Positions 27,799-36,711 of a DNA stretch of 60,124 nucleotides are shown here, piece by piece (positions within the stretch are counted from its first letter, which is position 1; every line of letters begins with the position of its first letter). The notes under the pieces were generated by a model. It made no database searches, was not told the DNA's origin, and was given only the letters and a program-made list of their open reading frames with translations. A program made the position numbers and the translations under genes. Origin of the DNA: an uncultured virus (IMG/VR IMGVR_UViG_3300037245_003898) (taxonomy: Duplodnaviria > Heunggongvirae > Uroviricota > Caudoviricetes); IMG/VR virus record IMGVR_UViG_3300037245_003898; one strand, 5' to 3'.

Positions 27799-28430
27799 TA
27801 AACTACCAGTTCAGTGTATATATCCTGGAAAGTCAACTCTTGGTCTTCCAGAAGATTGAACGCCTTCTTGAACTTCCAGCCATCCTTATTTTCGAAGAGA
27901 ACTAGAGCACCTTTACGAAACCAAAACTTCACCAGTGAAACCTGATTCACCCCCAACATCGTGTTGCAGGCGACCTGGCAGGCAAAAGGATGTGAAACAG
28001 CCAAAACCCTTTTGTTGCTATTACATAGAGCCTCAAGCGCATTCATAATCCTCCGGCGGACCTGGGCCACTGATTCCCCACCCTCAGCACAAATACGAGT
28101 ATGGTTGAATAAATCTGAATCAATGTTCATTTTAGAACCATTCAAAACCCCAAAGCTACGCTCTTTTAGAGAATCGAGGTATTTCACCTTGATAGCCGCC
28201 AAATATGAGCTATTGGACTTCACCCGAATGTTATGAATCAACTTAGCCAAACGCACAGCAGGACTAGCAGCCATAGCATCTACTCTGCCCATATGCTTAT
28301 GAATATTTTTGGCGATGACCAGTGATTGCTTTTCTCCGTTTCGAGTGGCCGCTCCATCAGAATCGCCAGACACCAGACCCGCTTCGTCTAGCTCGGATTC
28401 AACGTCGTTCAATAATGCTAGCAGTGCCAT
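27798..28430 (-). CDS. histidine phosphatase (PGM) superfamily protein lacking the catalytic RHG motif
   Basis: SPAVR, LKERSFGVLNG, GGESVAQVRRRI and LAVSH are present, but the RHG position reads LNDV. Confidence 0.7.
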   Translation of the reverse strand: MALLALLNDVESELDEAGLVSGDSDGAATRNGEKQSLVIAKNIHKHMGRVDAMAASPAVRLAKLIHNIRVKSNSSYLAAIKVKYLDSLKERSFGVLNGSKMNIDSDLFNHTRICAEGGESVAQVRRRIMNALEALCNSNKRVLAVSHPFACQVACNTMLGVNQVSLVKFWFRKGALVLFENKDGWKFKKAFNLLEDQELTFQDIYTELVV

Positions 28431-29929
28431 TATAAACTCGCTAAAGGATCAGTCTCTATACTGTCCAAATCGTCCAAATCACAACCCTGGAAAATAACAG
28501 GTTCATCCGCTTTTTCTACTTCAGCTACAATTTCGGAAGTAGGTCTATTCAGATCGAGTTCCAAATCTACTTCACTCGTCATCGCTAACGTTTCACTCGT
28601 GCTGGTTATGAGATACCGAGCAGGATCCACGTTCAACTCTCCTGTCACTCCCGATGGTCCGTGACGAGCCTTGATAACATGAATTTTGATCTTATCTTTC
28701 TCATCAGCAATCCGCACCAAACCGAAGATAGTATCCGCTACTGCCGAGTAATTGTGTGAACCATAGATAGCAGTCGAATCCAAAGCCGATTCGTCACCAT
28801 CCCTAAGTGCCTTGATAGCTGCCCGATTCATTTGGGCCGCACTAATAATATGGAAACCACATTGCTTCCCCAGGGCTCTCAGAGAATGCAACATCTCGCC
28901 GATCTCAATAGTGCGAGATTGATAGCGGGCATCAGTTTTCACAATGTCAGCGTAGTCAATCACAACGACTTTGGGCTGGAATCCAATTACCCGCTTTTCT
29001 ATTTCTCGTCGCAACAGAGTAATCTCGAATCGCTGATTAGCATCGAGAACAGCAAAATGCGGGTTATTCCAGAAATCTGCCTGTCGTATCTTCTCTAACT
29101 GTTCATTTGGCAGTGTTTCAGGTGAAGGCTTGGCCAACAGCCTATTATCAACTCCTGCCCTGTTGCACACTATTCGGCCAACCAAATCTCGCCAGGGCAT
29201 CTCCAGTGGGACAAACAGCACATTATGTCCCTCTTCAGATATATTCAGAGCGATATTGAGCATCAGGTTGGTTTTGTGGCCACCAACATCAGCGACAACC
29301 AAAGTAAGATGCATTGGCCGGAATCCCACGTTGATAGCATCATCAACCTCGGGAATTTTGCAGGTAATCGCAGTCTCAGGATGGGCTCGGTCGTATTCCA
29401 ACTGACCCATATAATCATCCTTCAGCTCATCCAGTGATGAAAAGACAGTCTCTTTAGTCTCCGTGGAAACCAGAGCAGTATCAATGTTGTCCCTGAGATT
29501 CTTAATGGCAAACATGAACCCCTTTTTGTCAGCATCCAAGTTTGCTTGCTGAAGATACTTACGAAGAGCCCGGCCAGCAAACCCTTCCATCAGCAGTTTC
29601 TTCAGGTATCCAAGTTCGTCTTTATCCGCATGAGCCTTGAGATCACATTTGTCATAGACGTTCATGCGAGGTATGAGGTTCTTTTTGTCACCTGTCGCCC
29701 TAATAGCTTCTTGGTAGCCATTACGGGTCAGCAGTCGCTTTCCATTGGCCCGAACGTACTCCTCGTATATTGATTGAACCAAAGGTTTATGAACATCTTC
29801 AAAGAAATCAACTCGATAACCATCGTTTAGTAACTCATCCACGACATCGCGATATCGCAGCATCAGGTGGATAACTTTCATCTCCACCTCTAAATGGCGT
29901 TCGAAAGATTTCCCGACTTTATCAGACAA
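28430..29929 (-). CDS. dnaB: DnaB-like replicative helicase
   Basis: ADVGGHKT (variant Walker A), VLFVPLEM, VVIDYAD, SAAQMNR, ADTIFGL, IKARHGP. Confidence 0.88.
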   Translation of the reverse strand: MSDKVGKSFERHLEVEMKVIHLMLRYRDVVDELLNDGYRVDFFEDVHKPLVQSIYEEYVRANGKRLLTRNGYQEAIRATGDKKNLIPRMNVYDKCDLKAHADKDELGYLKKLLMEGFAGRALRKYLQQANLDADKKGFMFAIKNLRDNIDTALVSTETKETVFSSLDELKDDYMGQLEYDRAHPETAITCKIPEVDDAINVGFRPMHLTLVVADVGGHKTNLMLNIALNISEEGHNVLFVPLEMPWRDLVGRIVCNRAGVDNRLLAKPSPETLPNEQLEKIRQADFWNNPHFAVLDANQRFEITLLRREIEKRVIGFQPKVVVIDYADIVKTDARYQSRTIEIGEMLHSLRALGKQCGFHIISAAQMNRAAIKALRDGDESALDSTAIYGSHNYSAVADTIFGLVRIADEKDKIKIHVIKARHGPSGVTGELNVDPARYLITSTSETLAMTSEVDLELDLNRPTSEIVAEVEKADEPVIFQGCDLDDLDSIETDPLASL

Positions 29930-30758
29930 CTTTACCCGCCTCTTTCTCTAGGTTGATAACTACATTCCCTGGATCACGCATCAGAGTGTAAAAATCCTCG
30001 CCCCACTGCTCTCGAACTAAATCCGCTGGTCCAGGAGTATTACAAGCCACTAGAAACCGGCTGGCGCATACCACTATGGTTGGTTTATAGAATCTCTTCG
30101 AGAACAAAATATTCAGAGATGTCATATCAGGAGGCGCTCGATGGTCCCCTACAGATGGTTTCAAATCCACCCCGTCTACAAACAAGAAATCGGATTCACC
30201 CCAATCTTCAAGACGATCACGGTCAATGCTTTTCGCTACGTCTCCGGTTCTATTAGTCGCCCAACGCGCTGCCTCAGTTAGCTCTACAGCCCTGACCCAA
30301 TGGAAACTTGTTTTATGCTGTTTGATTGCAGATGCATAAAAAACTTCTTTGAGAAGGAGGGCTGCCACGAGGCTGCGGCCCGACCCCGAATCACCGGCGA
30401 TAATAACATTCTTTCCATCATGCATATGCCCTAAAATAACTGAGTTTTTCTTCCTGTTTTTCGCAAGATTGGGGTCTGGTTGACCGAAGCAATAAATGAG
30501 GGCTTTAGCTTTCGCTTCAACAAAACTGGCGTCTGTAAGTTTCTTGCCAGAATCGTTGATACCCACAAAGTCATCCCAGCCTTTGAACTTCAAACTCTCA
30601 GGATAAATTTGAATCTGGTCCAAACGCCATTTAGCTGTTGCATTAAACTGACAGCCACAAGTAACCCACACTCCTTCGCGATTGACTCGTTTCGCTCCTT
30701 TGCAAGTAGGGCATTTACGGGCGTGAAAGGCCGAGTAGTCATCGTAAGTTAGCTTCAC
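29922..30758 (-). CDS. DnaC/IstB-like helicase loader with N-terminal zinc motif
   Basis: CPTCKG...VTCGC, IIAGDSGSGRS, FLFVDGV, KPTIV; directly upstream of dnaB. Confidence 0.7.
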   Translation of the reverse strand: MKLTYDDYSAFHARKCPTCKGAKRVNREGVWVTCGCQFNATAKWRLDQIQIYPESLKFKGWDDFVGINDSGKKLTDASFVEAKAKALIYCFGQPDPNLAKNRKKNSVILGHMHDGKNVIIAGDSGSGRSLVAALLLKEVFYASAIKQHKTSFHWVRAVELTEAARWATNRTGDVAKSIDRDRLEDWGESDFLFVDGVDLKPSVGDHRAPPDMTSLNILFSKRFYKPTIVVCASRFLVACNTPGPADLVREQWGEDFYTLMRDPGNVVINLEKEAGKVV

Positions 30759-32497
30759 AAATCATCTTCCGTAAAATTGAGACCGCCAGCATCACCGGAA
30801 ACAGAAAAATCTTTTGAGATTGATTCAATAACCTTAGCATTAGCGAGAACAGCCCGGCCTCCAGTTCCTTCTTCACCTAAAGCCCACTCACGCATAGCTT
30901 CGATGTCTTCTCGCCGACTATTATACAGAGGTTGGAATTTCCCTAATTCAGCAACAACGTCTTCAGTGGTTATAGGTCGGCGACCATCAGAGAACGCAGT
31001 AAATAGTGCATTGTTGATTCCCTTTTCGAGTTCTGCCGGACTGTAATTCTCACTGGCTTCAGCTATTTTGTTCAGTTCAAATGTGTCAGGGTCTCGTTGT
31101 TTTCTAGCCAACAGACATGCAGTTACTTCCGCTCGCTGGTCAATATTTGGGAGATCAACGAAGAAGATTTCATCCAGTCGTCCCGCCCGCATGAACTCAG
31201 GTGGGATATCAGTTACATTGTTGGCAGTGCAGACAACGAACACCGGCTTAACTTTATCTTGCATCCAAGTCAAAAGAGTTCCAAAAACCCGATTGGTAAC
31301 ACCACTATCAGTCATGTTGGAACTCTTTACTCCACCGATTCCCTTTTCAATCTCGTCCACCCATAAAATCGCGGGAGCTACAGCTTCTGCAATCTTGATG
31401 ACATTGCGCATGTTTTGTTCGGATTCACCAACCAGTGACGTAAAGATAGCCCCCATGTCCAACCGCAACAAAGGCATTTCATAGTAAGATGCCAGAGCAT
31501 CACAAGACATCGATTTGCCTGTTCCCGGCACTCCCACTAATAAAATCCCCTTGGGAACTTCTAAGCCAAATTTCGCAGCATCCTCGCTGAATCCTTCTTT
31601 GCGTATCTTAAGCCATTGCTTTAGTGCGGCCAAACCACCAATGTTATTGAAGCTGAAACGGGGGTCTCGACATTCCAAAATGCCATTCTTGCGGATAAGC
31701 TGCTTCTTCTCCTCTAAAATAGTTGGTATATTAAAGTCTTTGTGCTTGACCAGAGTCTTGGCAAATGCGTTTTCTGCTTCTGTTAGTGTCAAACCTGAAA
31801 CTGCGTTAAGCAGATCTTCCTCTCGTTTCTGAGCCGACTTCAGAGCGTCAGGATACTGAACTGGAATATCCTTTACGATAGCATGCAAAGATCGTTGCAA
31901 CTCGGCCTTAGATGGATAAGGAAAATCCACCACTGTCATTTCTGGACGCAAACCTTGAGGACAGATAAAAGCGTGAGAGATAATCACTATCGAACAAGCG
32001 GATGGAATGCCCGCAAACTCCTTCAGCATCCGCTCGATAACAGGAACCCCTCTATCCCATAAGAAATGATGCAGATCATAGAACAGATAGATGTAGCCAT
32101 TGAAGGCTCGGGTTTTCTTGTCCCGCATGACTTTGTTGTCTTCTCGGGCCTGGTCTACTACCCACCCTACTGCTGCCTCGGGAATTTTGTGGATTTCATT
32201 ATTGGCCGCATTGACTTGTTTATTATCGTCCGTGTCAATCATGCCACGAGACATATCCCATTGAAACAGCTTGTAATTCTCTGCGGCTGCAACCAGTTTG
32301 AAGCAATCGGCTACTCGCCGTTCTTCATTCGTGATAACATAGAGGAGCTTGTACCGACTGTTCGTTAAATAGGCGACTTCGAGACCAACTGCTCCATCGC
32401 CCATCTCTTGTAATAGCTTCTTATGCTTAGCCCGCTTCTCTTTGTCCGTCTGAGTGACTGGCTTCGGCTTTAGCTTTAACTTTGGCTTCTGAGGCAT
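30755..32497 (-). CDS. Ycf46-like AAA+ ATPase
   Basis: VITNEERR, EKKQLIRKNGILE, IGGLAALKQWL, GVPGTGKS, LWVDEIEKG, TANN...PPEFMRAGRLDEIFFVDLP, IEAMREWA. Confidence 0.9.
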   Translation of the reverse strand: MPQKPKLKLKPKPVTQTDKEKRAKHKKLLQEMGDGAVGLEVAYLTNSRYKLLYVITNEERRVADCFKLVAAAENYKLFQWDMSRGMIDTDDNKQVNAANNEIHKIPEAAVGWVVDQAREDNKVMRDKKTRAFNGYIYLFYDLHHFLWDRGVPVIERMLKEFAGIPSACSIVIISHAFICPQGLRPEMTVVDFPYPSKAELQRSLHAIVKDIPVQYPDALKSAQKREEDLLNAVSGLTLTEAENAFAKTLVKHKDFNIPTILEEKKQLIRKNGILECRDPRFSFNNIGGLAALKQWLKIRKEGFSEDAAKFGLEVPKGILLVGVPGTGKSMSCDALASYYEMPLLRLDMGAIFTSLVGESEQNMRNVIKIAEAVAPAILWVDEIEKGIGGVKSSNMTDSGVTNRVFGTLLTWMQDKVKPVFVVCTANNVTDIPPEFMRAGRLDEIFFVDLPNIDQRAEVTACLLARKQRDPDTFELNKIAEASENYSPAELEKGINNALFTAFSDGRRPITTEDVVAELGKFQPLYNSRREDIEAMREWALGEEGTGGRAVLANAKVIESISKDFSVSGDAGGLNFTEDDL

Positions 32498-32996
32498 GTT
32501 TTCCGTCCGTAGCTTTTCTGGGTTGTACTATCACACTTACATGCCGAGGATTCTTCCGTGGAGAATTAGGCTTAAGATCATACTCGAAATGGCCGAGTAT
32601 CTCGTTTAATTTTGCAGTGGCTAATTCGGGATGGGCTCGTTCTCTACCTCTCATTTCCACTACAATACGAACATCAAAACCTTTATCGAAAAACTTCTTA
32701 ATGTGAGAGACCTTGACATGTTGGTCATGTTCGTCGATACGCATACCAAACTTCATCTCTTTCAGATGATGTGCATGGTTTTGCTGCTTTTTGGCCTTTG
32801 CTTTCTTCTTTTGGTCATAGAGCCATTTGCCTCGATCGAGAATTTTGCAAATCGAGTTTGCCCCTTGCTTCGATACCTGAACCAGATCCAATCCTTCTTC
32901 CCTGGCCAAATCTTCGGCCTTTCGGAAGTCCATTTTACCTAACATTTCGCCATCTGATTTCAGAACAATAACTTCAGAACTTAGTCTGTCTTGCAT
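32427..32996 (-). CDS. infC: translation initiation factor IF-3
   Basis: DGEMLGKM...AEDLAREEGLDLVQVS...ICKILDRGKWLYDQKKK, LKEMKFGMRIDEHD...K..HIKKFFDKG..V...MRGRERAHPELA. Confidence 0.92.
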   Translation of the reverse strand: MQDRLSSEVIVLKSDGEMLGKMDFRKAEDLAREEGLDLVQVSKQGANSICKILDRGKWLYDQKKKAKAKKQQNHAHHLKEMKFGMRIDEHDQHVKVSHIKKFFDKGFDVRIVVEMRGRERAHPELATAKLNEILGHFEYDLKPNSPRKNPRHVSVIVQPRKATDGKHASEAKVKAKAEASHSDGQREAG

Positions 32997-32999
32997 TAG

Positions 33000-33803
33000 T
33001 CAGCCTTTGAAGTAACCGCGATAGTTGATTCCTGAATAGTCCCGAATTCGATGGAACTCCAGTGCGGGCCGTGCGATAGAAATGAAGTCAACCATGTCTT
33101 CAGAGGGGTAGGTCGCGCCTGCGATAGTGCGCTCCATGGTTTCTTGCACAGCGTTTTTAGGAAAGTTTTGTAGAGCCTGTGATATACGCATCAGCCAATT
33201 GCTGTCATTCTTTTCTCGCAAAATACTCGCTGTCATAACGATACCTTTGGAACGCAGAAGCATCGATAAACCGCCCATGCGATACAGAGTCTGCGCATCG
33301 ACCTCCTTATGGGTCGTAGCAGGAGGCGCAGACACAGACGATTTTTCGGTAGCGGTTCCAAACTTTAGCTTGATAAATTGGTCAAGAAAACGTTCATTCG
33401 ACAAGGATTTCACGTATACAGGTTGTCCGAACAGCTTACGAGCGTGGGTTTCTGTCCACCAGTCCAAATAGTCTCGCATAATAGTGTTGTTCATCTGTTC
33501 ATCAACTCGTCTCACAAGCTCATCATAGAGAAATGCCATGTCTTCTCTATCACGAGCGCCAACTCGTTCCAAAGACATACTCTGATTGGACAGGGCTTCA
33601 ACGAGATATTTGACGAAATCAGACGGCTCCCATTGACGGAAAGGCTTCTTTCGAGGTTTTCTGGTAATCTTGGAGGCCATTCTTGAAATAGCGTCATTGC
33701 TGACATCTATCAGAGATGGTTCAATCTCCCTCATTACCTTGCGTTTACGTTTCGGTGGAATACTCATTCGCATTGCTTGGACAATCAACTGAGATTCATC
33801 CAC
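33000..33803 (-). CDS. hypothetical protein
   Basis: 267 aa, GTG start with AGGAGG RBS, downstream of a GTATAAT promoter. Confidence 0.8.
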   Translation of the reverse strand: MDESQLIVQAMRMSIPPKRKRKVMREIEPSLIDVSNDAISRMASKITRKPRKKPFRQWEPSDFVKYLVEALSNQSMSLERVGARDREDMAFLYDELVRRVDEQMNNTIMRDYLDWWTETHARKLFGQPVYVKSLSNERFLDQFIKLKFGTATEKSSVSAPPATTHKEVDAQTLYRMGGLSMLLRSKGIVMTASILREKNDSNWLMRISQALQNFPKNAVQETMERTIAGATYPSEDMVDFISIARPALEFHRIRDYSGINYRGYFKG

Positions 33804-33822
33804 AGTTCATAACCTCCTAAAC

Positions 33823-33829
33823 ATTATAC
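33823..33829 (-). promoter_or_regulatory. GTATAAT -10-type promoter heading the infC/AAA/dnaC/dnaB operon
   Basis: Intergenic TTGTATAATG, then AGGAGG. Confidence 0.65.
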
Positions 33830-33849
33830 AACTTTTCAGACCGGGCATC

Positions 33850-34704
33850 CTATTCAAATTCCTCAATCAGTTGGTTACGGACCCGATGTGGACTCTGGCC
33901 CCGCACGAGTAGCACTTCCGTGGCTTTGTCTTTTTCGTCCCGAGTCTGCAAATGCTTGAACACCGATTTTCGATAAATACGACAGCCCGCCGACACATAT
34001 GCTTTTATCAAAGGAGAATCTTCTGCCTTTGTCTCCCCTCCATAATAGCTCACACAGAATGACCCCTGGACCGCTTTCAAGATTTTCAGTAGTTCTTTAT
34101 GGTCAAATCCTTTATTTTTGTTCACCTCGTAGTAACAGCCCTCAACGCCTTCATACGGAGGATCAACGTAAAAAACGGTATCCTTGTGATCCCATTTTGC
34201 AATAAGAGAGCGATAATCCAAATTCTCCAGATAAACATTTTTCCACCGCCTGGCGACTTTCAGAATATTGGCTGGCAGACGGTTCCAGGTTTCATAGTTG
34301 ATCTCGCCGTCCCGGGTGATACTCCATGTCCCGTCCATTTTCGCGCCAAAGGACTGACGGTTAGCTATCAAGTACACGAGGGCCTGATCAAGCTCAGGAA
34401 GCCCTCTGAAGGCCACACTGTCTTTGGCGATAGCGAAGGCCTCAGCATAGTAACGACGAGCATACGGAGTAAGATACACCACATGTGCCAAATCTTTAGG
34501 GCGGTCCCGTAATATCTTGAAAAAGACATAAAGCTTCTCATCAACGTCGTTGTAGACATATCGGAGCTTAGGGCGTCTCTGGGCTACCGAGTCCAAGACC
34601 ACCCCAGAACCCCCGAATACATCTACGAAGTTTCTCCCGAGAGGGATATGACAAGTAATCCAACGAGCTATCTTAGCCTTGCCTCCCACTCTCTTGAGAA
34701 TCAT
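33850..34704 (-). CDS. Dam-like (D12 class) DNA adenine methyltransferase
   Basis: KRVGGK, FVDVFGGSGVV, YNDVD, LENLDY, FYVDPPY, ATEVLL. Confidence 0.93.
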   Translation of the reverse strand: MILKRVGGKAKIARWITCHIPLGRNFVDVFGGSGVVLDSVAQRRPKLRYVYNDVDEKLYVFFKILRDRPKDLAHVVYLTPYARRYYAEAFAIAKDSVAFRGLPELDQALVYLIANRQSFGAKMDGTWSITRDGEINYETWNRLPANILKVARRWKNVYLENLDYRSLIAKWDHKDTVFYVDPPYEGVEGCYYEVNKNKGFDHKELLKILKAVQGSFCVSYYGGETKAEDSPLIKAYVSAGCRIYRKSVFKHLQTRDEKDKATEVLLVRGQSPHRVRNQLIEEFE

Positions 34705-34722
34705 AGTTCATTTCTCCAAAAT
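34694..34722 (+). promoter_or_regulatory. candidate sigma70-like promoter for the + strand structured RNA
   Basis: TTGAGA (34694-34699), 17-nt spacer, CAAAAT (34717-34722); predicted start at about G34729. Confidence 0.4.
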
Positions 34723-34728
34723 GTTCGC

Positions 34729-35060
34729 GAGGCGGCGTCCCTCGTGGTCAATAACAATCTTCACCACTGAATCCTCTCACTTACTTTGTGAGAACTCTGT
34801 CAGTACGCATGGCAGAATTAGGAGAGTATGAATCTGCAACGCAGAGACCACTTCGAGCAGGATGTCGCCGCTTTGGGAACAAATATCCCACAGATGCCTG
34901 CATTAGGGACTGCCTCCAGCCGTGCCTGCCTGTAACTCCTAGGTAGGACGCTTCCACTGGCCCCTTATATCTCCTGGCTTTGTACGAGCTTCTCCCTCGC
35001 CTCGTTTGCGATCCGAGGACGATCCCACCGTCTTTGAGCGTGGTAGAGACGGTGCCAGAA
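34729..35060 (+). ncRNA. candidate large structured non-coding RNA of unknown class
   Basis: The only long gap without a credible ORF. A closing helix (34729-34742 with 34905-34916) encloses four hairpins, and four more hairpins follow. G-U wobbles consistently favour the + strand. Confidence 0.6.
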
Positions 35061-35078
35061 ACCACCTGACAGCTATGT

Positions 35079-35252
35079 TTACTTTGGCGCTTCAACGTTA
35101 CACTCTATATCATGCTCTCTCAGGACTCGCCACGCACTGAGGATTATCACGTTGGCTGTGTTGAGATCGACTGTTATGTATTCTGCGATCCTGCTGAGTA
35201 TTTCATTAGGGATACTCTCTGTCTTTTGTTGCTGAAGCAAATCGATTATCAT
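35079..35252 (-). CDS. small hypothetical protein (57 aa, below the ORF-track cutoff)
   Basis: Manual translation MIIDLLQQQKTESIPNEILSRIAEYITVDLNTANVIILSAWRVLREHDIECNVEAPK*, starting 13 nt after the MTase stop. Confidence 0.55.
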   Translation of the reverse strand: MIIDLLQQQKTESIPNEILSRIAEYITVDLNTANVIILSAWRVLREHDIECNVEAPK

Positions 35253-35265
35253 TATCTGCGTCCAA

Positions 35266-36711
35266 TCAAACGTTCCTGGCTATTATTAGATACTCACAGC
35301 TCTTGTTGGTCCTACCTTGTTTGGACCTATAGAGATAACGATACTCGTCATCTAGAACTACAATTTCCACATTTTTCTTGTATTCCCTGATGATCTCCGA
35401 GATGTATTCGATATCTTTCCAGCTATTGTCGTTGTAACTAAACAACCACATAGGGATATGATGGGCCGCTTCTAGCATTTCCCTGAAATGCTCTTCGTAG
35501 TGTTTGCGTCCTACGAATCTTTTGGCGTTAGCCTGGATATGAGGCAAAGACTCCAGAGGTTGACTGTAGATATACTCTTCTAGAAAACGGTATATCTCAG
35601 CATAGTTACTCGATGAACCTCCGTAGGGAGGGTCAAAATAGACGCAATCTACCCGGCAGAAGTCGCTCTGAAGCAGATCGATAACATCCATATTCACTGC
35701 GATACAGCTTCCTGGTACCTTCAAATCTGCGAACGTCCACCATTTCATTCCCTGTCCTGGCTTCCCTTCGGTTCCTCCCGTTCCTGCTCGGGTAAAGAAA
35801 TCCATTTCTGTGGAGCCTTCGTTTGTCCAGTGTTTTTTGAGCTGATTTTTCTGGTGAGCAAGACGAACATCAGTCTCGGCGAGAGCTTGTCCCCTGTGAA
35901 ATCGACCCTGCACCATACAATCCCTAAGAACATGTTGTTGAAGATTAGCCAAAAAAGCAGCCCTTTTGATTTTGCTGTTATATTCTGCTGTGGCTTTGTT
36001 TGACTTCATACCTTGCACGAAGTCGTTCACATATTTTGCAAACCACTTCTCAAAATTGAGGTCCATGTTTTTGTCGTAGTAGATGCCGATACGGCGATCT
36101 TGGTCTCCGTATTCCGCTTCTTGTCGTCTTCGGTGTGTCATTAGATCGTGGCTTTGGTCCACATTCCCAAAAGGAAGCCTAAGAATCACAGCCGTATTGG
36201 CCGCCAGGCTCAGGCTTTGGCCATAAAGCCCCGCAAGCTCATCGACATTGGCTCTGAAATTATCGAGGTGGCGGCATTCCTTTAGGGTGAACTTGTTGAA
36301 GCGACAGTTTTTACCCGGCGGCCTGTACTGTTTACCGAGGTAATTGTCCTCAACGAATGTTCCTTTATGAGCATTTTCGTTATGAAGCAAGAATCGTTTC
36401 TCTTCTTCGGTGAGTTTGATTCCTGGATTCTCGACAAAGGCGACTGAGTTAATATACGATGAAGTTAACAAATCGTTTGCCAGAACTCTTTTGCCCATCA
36501 TTTTGAAGAGCAGCGTTACGGCGGCGCTACCTGAGAAGGCGTCGAGAACGCTATCGAACTGGACATCGTGTTCAAGTAGAGTTTCGTAAAGTTGAAATAG
36601 GAGTTTCTTTTTGTTTCCTGTGTAAGGCAGAGGTAGTTTTTCGATTCGTTTAATAGGTAGAGCCATTGATGGAACAAGTGCATCTTCGGTATACATTTGT
36701 AGTTTCTTCAC
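35266..36711 (-). CDS. D12-class DNA adenine methyltransferase with long central insertion
   Basis: LPYTGNKKKL, LDAFSGSAAV, VLANDL, VYFDPPY, FSYN, EYLII. Confidence 0.88.
   Translation of the reverse strand: MKKLQMYTEDALVPSMALPIKRIEKLPLPYTGNKKKLLFQLYETLLEHDVQFDSVLDAFSGSAAVTLLFKMMGKRVLANDLLTSSYINSVAFVENPGIKLTEEEKRFLLHNENAHKGTFVEDNYLGKQYRPPGKNCRFNKFTLKECRHLDNFRANVDELAGLYGQSLSLAANTAVILRLPFGNVDQSHDLMTHRRRQEAEYGDQDRRIGIYYDKNMDLNFEKWFAKYVNDFVQGMKSNKATAEYNSKIKRAAFLANLQQHVLRDCMVQGRFHRGQALAETDVRLAHQKNQLKKHWTNEGSTEMDFFTRAGTGGTEGKPGQGMKWWTFADLKVPGSCIAVNMDVIDLLQSDFCRVDCVYFDPPYGGSSSNYAEIYRFLEEYIYSQPLESLPHIQANAKRFVGRKHYEEHFREMLEAAHHIPMWLFSYNDNSWKDIEYISEIIREYKKNVEIVVLDDEYRYLYRSKQGRTNKSCEYLIIARNV

Noticed and set aside
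34729..35060. tRNA, tmRNA, RNase P or SRP identity for the structured region
   Set aside because: No T-loop GTTCRA/CCA end, no GAGGAAAGTCC RNase P core and no SRP core motif seen on either strand.
34781..35095. 104-aa minus-strand ORF from the track
   Set aside because: TTG start with no RBS, atypical composition, overlaps the 57-aa ORF and coincides with the densely base-paired region; better explained as a shadow of the structured element.
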